From an uncultured virus (IMG/VR IMGVR_UViG_3300008255_000131) (taxonomy: Duplodnaviria > Heunggongvirae > Uroviricota > Caudoviricetes), in the IMG/VR virus record IMGVR_UViG_3300008255_000131: 64,000 bases of DNA; one strand, given 5' to 3'. The translations under genes were made by a program, and so were the position numbers. Shown here one piece after another: positions 57,128-64,000 of the stretch (position 1 is the stretch's first letter; each line of letters starts with the position of its first letter). Under the pieces are notes generated by a model, which worked only from the letters and a program-made list of their open reading frames with translations, had not been told where the DNA came from and ran no database searches.

Positions 57128-57280
57128 TTACTTTTTAGGATTGCATCTCAAGCAAGTCGCATATTCGGTTGTTGGTGAAGTAGGCACAAGATGATGAACA
57201 CCTCTAAGAACAAGACCACAGCGGGTACGTGGCTCTAAAGGCCCGATGGGCTTTCTTGTATCTGGTTGGTGAGTCTTCAT
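57128..57280 (-). CDS. 50-aa zinc-finger microprotein
   Basis: MKTH..TRCG..ATCLRC; follows promoter TTGACA-16-TATACT (57301-57328). Confidence 0.55.
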   Translation of the reverse strand: MKTHQPDTRKPIGPLEPRTRCGLVLRGVHHLVPTSPTTEYATCLRCNPKK

Positions 57281-57334
57281 CTCTTTGCCTCTTCTCTTTT
57301 AGTATACCCACCAAAGGAAGAATGTCAAGAGATT

Positions 57335-57989
57335 TTAGAGCCACTTCGAGCCAGGAGTTTCCATTTCGATCAAAATCTGAACAATGTTTTCTGCAAAATC
57401 TGTCAAAAACTTATCGCTGGCCTTGGAACTTGCATAAAGCCTCATAGCATGATTTATGATTTGATACAGAATAAAATTGTCATAATTACTATAACTAATA
57501 GCATTAAAAATAGATCGGCCTATAGAAACGATGTGAGTATTTGCGCAAGACCAGCTAAAATTGCTAGAATGACAAATTGTAAGGGCCGCCTTTTTGGCTT
57601 CATTAGTGGTTTTTGCATTTTTGCACTCTTCGGCACATTCGGTCATTTGAGCGGCCAGGAGTAATGGCGGCAAAACTTTGTTAGTCGCCATTAGTATAAC
57701 GCGTTTCACAAAGTCTTTATCATCGAAATCCTCTACGGTTCCCAATTGGGCCACAGCAAGCCGGCGCAATCCAGCCGCACGAGCCTGTGAGCTGCTCCAG
57801 AGTTCATCTTTTTAGTCGACAAACGGACGAAGAAACACACTGTGGATTGTCGCTATGGGGCAAATTGAGCGCGTAGCAAACAGCGGCTTCAACGCACATC
57901 TTACCAGGAATGGGCTTTCCGAGCCCAGGAACAAGACCAGCATCAACGGTTTCGTAAATCTTTGAGACGAGATCTTGGTTGATTTCCAT
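57335..57989 (-). pseudogene. Frameshifted hypothetical gene (MCVEAAVCYAL.LPH.D.P.CV ... WSS..ARAAGLRRLAVAQLG)
   Basis: The two ORFs read as one protein across a frame change near 57805. Confidence 0.55.
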
Positions 57990-58024
57990 GAGAAGAATGT
58001 AGGTCCGACTAAGGCAACTGTCAA
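57987..58024 (-). promoter_or_regulatory. sigma70 promoter, leaderless
   Basis: TTGACA-17-TACATT-6-ATG. Confidence 0.7.
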
Positions 58025-58025
58025 G

Positions 58026-58486
58026 CTAGACTTTCTTAAATCTTTCAGGAAAGAATGATCCAGCTCTCACCTTTCCTTGATCGTCTTTAATTACAAGAAG
58101 ATTGGTGTTTAGACTTGAAACCACTTTTACAACTTCAAAAATTGAATTTTTTGTGATGATGGCGTGGAACGGCGGATGCATGCATTCAATTAATGTTCCA
58201 GGATTTCCTAAAAGTTTAGTTGCAATTCTATTGCATATTTTTTCTAGTTTCATTTTTAGATCTTTATAAATCTTTCGGGCAAAAAATTTCCTATCAATTT
58301 TCCATCCATTGCAACTTGAAGAAGATGTGTATTTTCTTCTTTAAGTGTTTTTATTACATTAAATATGCAATTTTTTGATCCTTTTCCATTGGGCATTGCA
58401 AGAGAAGGATGAATGCATCTGACGCGCGTTCCCGGATTTCCTAAAATTTCAGCCCCAATTTTATTGCATATTGTTTCTAAATCCAT
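58026..58486 (-). CDS. Two tandem ~75-aa paralogs (58026-58253, 58256-58486)
   Basis: MxLExICNxI..xLGNPGT..xC..F.PERF.K. Confidence 0.75.
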
Positions 58487-58556
58487 TTTGTTATTCCTAT
58501 CATTTGTGACGCTTTATTCTAATTGATCTAGACGCCAATTTATTCCGTCTTTATTT

Positions 58557-59114
58557 TCATTTGATTTTAAATCCCATTTCAATCATTGACAATAATGCTT
58601 CGGCATTGCCTTTTGCATCGTCTACAGGATGGTGAGTATGTTTTGTTTTGCGTAAATGTTTGAAGTTTTTTCTCATATCCTTGACGAATCCTTTGTATAG
58701 GCTTCCAAGATTTGTGCTCGAATGGCCAAAAGGATTTGTTCCGCAAAACTTATGAAAATAGTAATTGAAAAATTGCCAATCAAACCCATTATTATCCGAT
58801 ATGAATCGGGGATTAGGAAACATTGAAACCCAGCTATAAAAATCTTTCATTGTTTCTTCCGGCATTAGAAAATTCATGCACTCGTCACGAGAAAAACCAG
58901 AAACACTAAGCGCTTCTGGAACCCAGTTATCTGAAATTGGACGACATTTTCCATAAAAAGTATGATCAAGCTTTGGTTCTACAACGACAGCACCAAAACT
59001 TGTCATACTATAAAGGCCAGGACAAGGCCCATCAGTTTCTGCATCTGTCATAATCCATGTTATATTCATTTTATTACTCTTCCTCTTCTTCCTGCATTTC
59101 GATCCAAGGACCAA
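58557..59114 (-). CDS. DEDDh 3'-5' exonuclease (Rv2179c-like)
   Basis: DAETDGP, SDNNGFDW and HTHHPVDDA motifs. Confidence 0.85.
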   Translation of the reverse strand: MVLGSKCRKKRKSNKMNITWIMTDAETDGPCPGLYSMTSFGAVVVEPKLDHTFYGKCRPISDNWVPEALSVSGFSRDECMNFLMPEETMKDFYSWVSMFPNPRFISDNNGFDWQFFNYYFHKFCGTNPFGHSSTNLGSLYKGFVKDMRKNFKHLRKTKHTHHPVDDAKGNAEALLSMIEMGFKIK

Positions 59115-61664
59115 GTATTTCTTTTATTGCTTCACTTGCTTCACTTGCTTCTTTTTCGATTCGTTCTTTTCCTTTTTTATCATAAGAAAAGGCAATGTGT
59201 GCATTTGAAAGAAAATTCAACAAGGTATCTTTTAAATCATAAAGAGATTCGGCATCATTAATTCCTTCAATGAGAACATCAATTGAATCTTTTGCATTTT
59301 CTAAATCTTCTTCATTACATGCCTCTTTTTCAATAAGGTCGCTTAGCTTAAAGCCCATATTCTTAATTTTGATTGCTGTGCCAAAGTTGCCATCAGAAGA
59401 TTCATAAACTTCAGAAAAAGAAGTAAATAAATCTTCTAGGTTGTCAGATGCGATGGCATTTTCAATTTCTTTGATTTGATTGTTCATTTTCTCTGCTTTG
59501 TTTCATTTAATAATTTTTCAAGCCTGGCTTTGCATAACAAATATTCAATTTGCCATCTAAATAAAGGCTCATGGTCACCATAATCAGTAAGACGATGCTC
59601 AAGCTCGGATACGTTATTGGGCTTGGCCATGATCTTTTATTTTGTCTGAGAAATTTCTTTTTTAAGGCATGAACTTGGATATGCTTGATCTTCTAAGCAT
59701 CTAGTAGCAACACGTGCCTCAATAAGTTCACATTTGTCAAGCCCAAGTGACTCAACGCAAGATAGCCAAGCATCTTCGTAGATTATATGTTGCTGCCGTG
59801 CGTCTTCTTCCTTTTTTTGTTTGTTTTTATGACAATAAGGAATGGTGGCAACGATTCCAAAGATAGTCACCAAAGCAAAAGCAAGCAAACTAAACCCTTT
59901 AAAAAAGAGACCAATCAAATGCCTTCTTTCTCTTTTGTCTCTTTCTTTTGATTCTTTTTGCAGTTTTTGCCATTCGCCAACTTCTTTGATAATATCTTCG
60001 TCATTCATATTTTATTCGTCCCATTTTTCTGGAAGTTGAGAATTTTGCAACAAGCACCATAATGCAGCAATCCACTGTGTAGAAAAGCCGCCAAATGTCG
60101 TTCCGCCACCAAAAAAGTAATATCTAGAGTTCCAAGAATTTTCATTTGGAACAAATTCCAACCTTCCGATCAATTTGTCATCAATGTTTCTGTAAATTAG
60201 AAACCAATCTGCCAAATAAGCATATCCATCAGGTTCTTGCTTTTCAAGTCTAAATCCGTGCTCGATCACTTTGGAACTAAAATGATCTTTTCCATAGCAT
60301 TTGTAATGATCGCTAATCTCTGTTAGAATTTTTGAAGTATCCATTTTTACTTTTTTAGCACTTCTCGTGCCTCTTGTGTGGTTGAAAAAGTTGAAAATTC
60401 ATCTTTCCATGAAATATCACATAATTTTGCGGATTCGCCCTTGGTAAGTCCAAGCTCGTCAGCAATGGTATCAATAATTGCATCTCGCAAATAATCAATA
60501 ACTGGCATGGGTGTAGGATGATCATCAAACAAAATTTCTGAGATCCTGTCCTTTACATATGATGTAAGTTCAAGGCATTCATCTTCTTCTAGTGGCTCAA
60601 GAACCATGTCATGGCCACAGTGTTCGCAATAAGGAATCCCTTCGTCTTCGTTGTCAGTTTGGTTGTAATAGGATGGGCTTGAAATGTCTTCGTCGCAAAT
60701 GCATGAGGTCGACCATTTGGTGGCAAGGCCACGAATTTTTTCAAAGTTAATGTTTTCTTCGATAGAGATTTCTCCGCGCGTTTTGGCAGCAGAAATTTCT
60801 CGTTCTTTCCATTCTTTATATGGCTCTGCCGAAATATCCATGATTGTTTCGGTAATTTTCCGTTCGGCACGAATACAGTCAATTTTATCTTTTGCATACA
60901 TCCCATAAATAAAGCCTCGACCTTCGGCCTTAGCTTCATTGCTACAACAAAACCAATGAGGAGCGCCAGAATATCCCCTTTCTGCGGACATTGTTTTAAT
61001 GGCTTCATGAGCAAAAAAGTTAAAAGGAGTGAGTTCGGATGGATCATACACAGTCTTCATATTATTCCCAGCTTTCTTTATTATAAGCCTCCCATGGAAC
61101 AGAACCGCTTAAAGTTTCTTCAAAATCTTTAATTTCTTCGTAAGGAGCTTCTTCCTCTTCGTATTTTGTAATAGCAGATCTTGAAGCTATAGCTTTTACT
61201 TTGATTTGCTGAATGTCATTGACGACACCAGGGAAGTAAAAGTCGCTATCATTGATAAAAGATAAATCTGCCACCTCATCTTCGCAGATGATAACACGAA
61301 CTTCCGCTGAAAGTCCAGCATAATCATCTTCTCGCGTTGAAAAGCAGACAATTACATCATAAATGTAGTATGGACGATATTCGTCAGGTCTTGAAAATAG
61401 AAATGTTTCAGTTGCTAAGTAAAAAATATCGTTGTTATCCATTTTATTCCTTTTTATTTTTATTTTATAACAATTTTAAGATCATCGCTGGTAAGCCGCT
61501 CAAGATCCTTGGTTCCTTCGGTAACCGCTTTTCTCCACTCTTCAGATTCTTTCCAAATTTTTTTCAAATCTTCTTCTGTAAGAATTTGTGGTGGCGGCAA
61601 GTTTCTTGCTACCTTGATTGGCCTTGGCTTTTTCATTAAAATAGCAACTTAGATGCAGAGCAAT

Positions 61665-62534
61665 TTATTCTTTTCCGAAGACACCTTTTTGAACGTGCTC
61701 GTGGATTGATCCCGCATAAGGACCATTGACACGTCGAGTTCCATCTTCTGGAATGGGTCCCTTACCCTTTGTCCAAGCAAGAATGTCTTCAACGGTAACC
61801 CAACCTGAACGATTATTATATTGATCGTATGTGTTTAGCCAGAACCAAATTGGAAATACCGTAATATCATCTTTCTTTCCATAATGAAAGCGAGGAGAAA
61901 GAGCAAAATATTTACAATTGGCATCCTTTAGACGCTTTTCAAGATTGAGCTTTTTTTCAATTTCTTGATATTCAAGATGAAGACGAAGTGACTCTTCGTC
62001 AGATCGATGCATTTCTTGGAGTCCATCCTCTAGACATTCAGAAATGATTGCGAGCACAAGCCCAGCACTTTCAAAAACTCCGCCACCACCAAGCCAGATT
62101 GCTGCGTCTCCGGTAATAAAGGCATCATAAAGGAGTTCAAGGTTTTTTTGATTTTCTTTGGAGTTTGGTGCGTCAGAATAAACTCGGATTGCAAAATCTT
62201 CACCAGACCAGGCCGAGTAAAGTTGTTCTTTTGAAGGAGAGCCACGAAAAGAATAACTTTCAAGTTCTTGGCTATTATTCCAGCCAGAATACCGAGAATA
62301 AACAAGCGTCCAATGCTTTTTTTCTTTCAAAAGATTGAAATATTCCGAACTTGGAAAAGTTCGTGCTCGCCTACGATTAATTCCAAAAATTCCTTTGTCG
62401 CTTGAAATGTTGAATGCTCGCTTAATCCCGTCAATTCCCCATTCATGCTCAGCACAAGCCCCAGAACCAAGGCTGAATCCACAAAATTTTCCGTTTTTGT
62501 TCTTTAGGGCTTCGGTTTTGTATCCTCGTTGCAT
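61665..62534 (-). CDS. Conserved phage hypothetical protein (CAEHEWGI)
   Basis: 289-aa ORF downstream of promoter TTGACA-16-TATAGT (62579-62606). Confidence 0.7.
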   Translation of the reverse strand: MQRGYKTEALKNKNGKFCGFSLGSGACAEHEWGIDGIKRAFNISSDKGIFGINRRRARTFPSSEYFNLLKEKKHWTLVYSRYSGWNNSQELESYSFRGSPSKEQLYSAWSGEDFAIRVYSDAPNSKENQKNLELLYDAFITGDAAIWLGGGGVFESAGLVLAIISECLEDGLQEMHRSDEESLRLHLEYQEIEKKLNLEKRLKDANCKYFALSPRFHYGKKDDITVFPIWFWLNTYDQYNNRSGWVTVEDILAWTKGKGPIPEDGTRRVNGPYAGSIHEHVQKGVFGKE

Positions 62535-63095
62535 TTTTGTTTCCTTTGGGTTAAAGGTCGAGATTAGACTTCATCTCCACTATAAGCCCTTTCAAATAGG
62601 TGTCAAGTGGCAAGGATTATCTATTGTACCAGCAAATGTGCGTGGCATCTTTTGGAATTGAGTCTACTGATGAAGGATATATTTTTATGGAAGGATTTAT
62701 TTTACCATTTTTCACAGGGTTTCCATAGCCATCATAATCTATTAATCCCCCTGCTTTTACGTCATTTAAAAATTCTTCTATTGTAAGAAGACAATCATCT
62801 TCCGAAACTTCTTCAGAATAAGGAGACATATTCATTTCAACAATTTTAATAATTTCTTCTTCTTTATATCCTTGTTCTTTTAGAATTCTTTCAAGTTTTG
62901 GACTTTTTGATTTAATCAGTTCGATATTAATATTTTCTTCACCCCAAATCCCAATAATATTTGAAATATAATCCAAAACATCTCTTGAAGAACGGTTTAT
63001 TTCTGGATTTGTAGGATTAAAACCATCTGCTACAATATCTGGATGAGCGCTTACTTTGAAAGCAATTGTCCATATATAATAATTTCTTTTTGCCA

Positions 63096-63997
63096 TTATT
63101 TTTCTATCTTTCTAAATCTTCTTGGAAAGAATCTATAGTTTACAATCTTAGAATCTTTTTTAATTGTTGTCAGCATGTTTCCAAAAGGTCCATGCTCTTG
63201 AGAAATTACTTCAAAAATTTCCCCTTCTTCTATATTTGTACCATAAATTTCTTTATTATCCATGCATTCGACCAAATCTCCTGGTTTCAGGAGACTTGCT
63301 GCCAACTGGTCACATATATAATCAAGTTTCATTGTTTACTTTTCTAAATCTTGTAGAATAAAAACTAGAATTCACAATAGTTTTTCCATTTAATTCCTTA
63401 ACAAGAAGAGTACCTGGCATGTAATTTTGTACAATCTCATATAGGTTTCCTTTTGAAAGAAACCCACCCTCACTTAAGTCGCAATCTGGATTCATACATT
63501 CAACAATTGTTCCAGGTATAAAGATTTTATTTGTAACATAATTGCATATATATTGAAGATTCATTATGAGTCTACTTTTCTAAATCTGGTTGCAGCATAG
63601 CTGAAATTTTTAATACCTTCAAGGAATATTTCTATAGGAATATTTCCTACTATTCTATGTTTTGAAATTGTATAAACCTTTCCTTTGACCAAGTTTTTAA
63701 GCATGTCTGCTTCATTATTCATGCATTCCACAGTATCTCCTGGTTTTAGGACTTTCGCTGCAATGTCATAACATATATCTTGAAGATTCACAGATCTGCT
63801 TTCCTGAATCTGGTTGGAAAAAATGTATTTGGATATCCTTTAATCATAATTCTGTCACTTAAATGGAAAGATTTAATCTTATATAAAACACTTTTTTTCA
63901 GAATGTGGGAACGATAGTCGGCGTTCATGCACTCTACGATCATCCCAGGCATTAATGCTTTTGCTGCAACTTTATAACATATTTCTTGAAGTTTCAT
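63096..63997 (-). CDS. Four tandem ~70-80-aa paralogs (63096-63332, 63322-63564, 63564-63791, 63788-63997)
   Basis: MxLxxIC...A.K.L.PG..VECM...RFRK; same family as 58026-58486; may continue past the window edge. Confidence 0.8.
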
Positions 63998-64000
63998 GGG

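Noticed and set aside
1..64000. Genome-wide stop-codon reassignment (code 4, 15 or 25)
   Set aside because: Long genes have no internal TGA/TAG, and both codons end genes at expected positions (ATGA overlaps; groEL ends in TGA).

Overview
An AT-rich, densely packed segment of what looks like a large (jumbo-type) tailed phage genome in standard genetic code. It has no rRNA, no housekeeping operons and no CRISPR array. The left 5.6 kb (+ strand) holds the end of a tail-fibre-like gene, GroEL, a lipoprotein, an SNF2 helicase and a tandem winged-helix protein. The rest is almost entirely minus-strand accessory/early genes. These include ClpB, ClpS, a UvrD-type helicase, a membrane-anchored subtilisin, RNA-repair enzymes (Rnl1-like ligase, Thg1, RlaP-like NTase, cyclic-phosphate receiver), AlkB, a DenV-like glycosylase, Sir2, two deaminases, a TrmH methylase, and an aminotransferase/oxidoreductase/LpxA-like/glycosyltransferase sugar cassette. 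There are two tRNAs (Arg-UCU and an atypical Ile-UAU) and two six-member paralog families (beta-helix proteins and ~75-aa small proteins). Notable unannotated structure: (1) about 14 near-consensus sigma70 promoters, 7 of them (plus groEL's extended -10) with ATG exactly 6 nt after the -10 box, i.e. predicted leaderless mRNAs; (2) a 21-bp RBS/ATG direct repeat bracketing a beta-helix gene; (3) a GC-rich structured-RNA candidate upstream of a methyltransferase; (4) two perfect loop-less palindromes; (5) several otherwise intact genes with single internal stops or indels. All family calls come from motifs read by eye; no database search was run.
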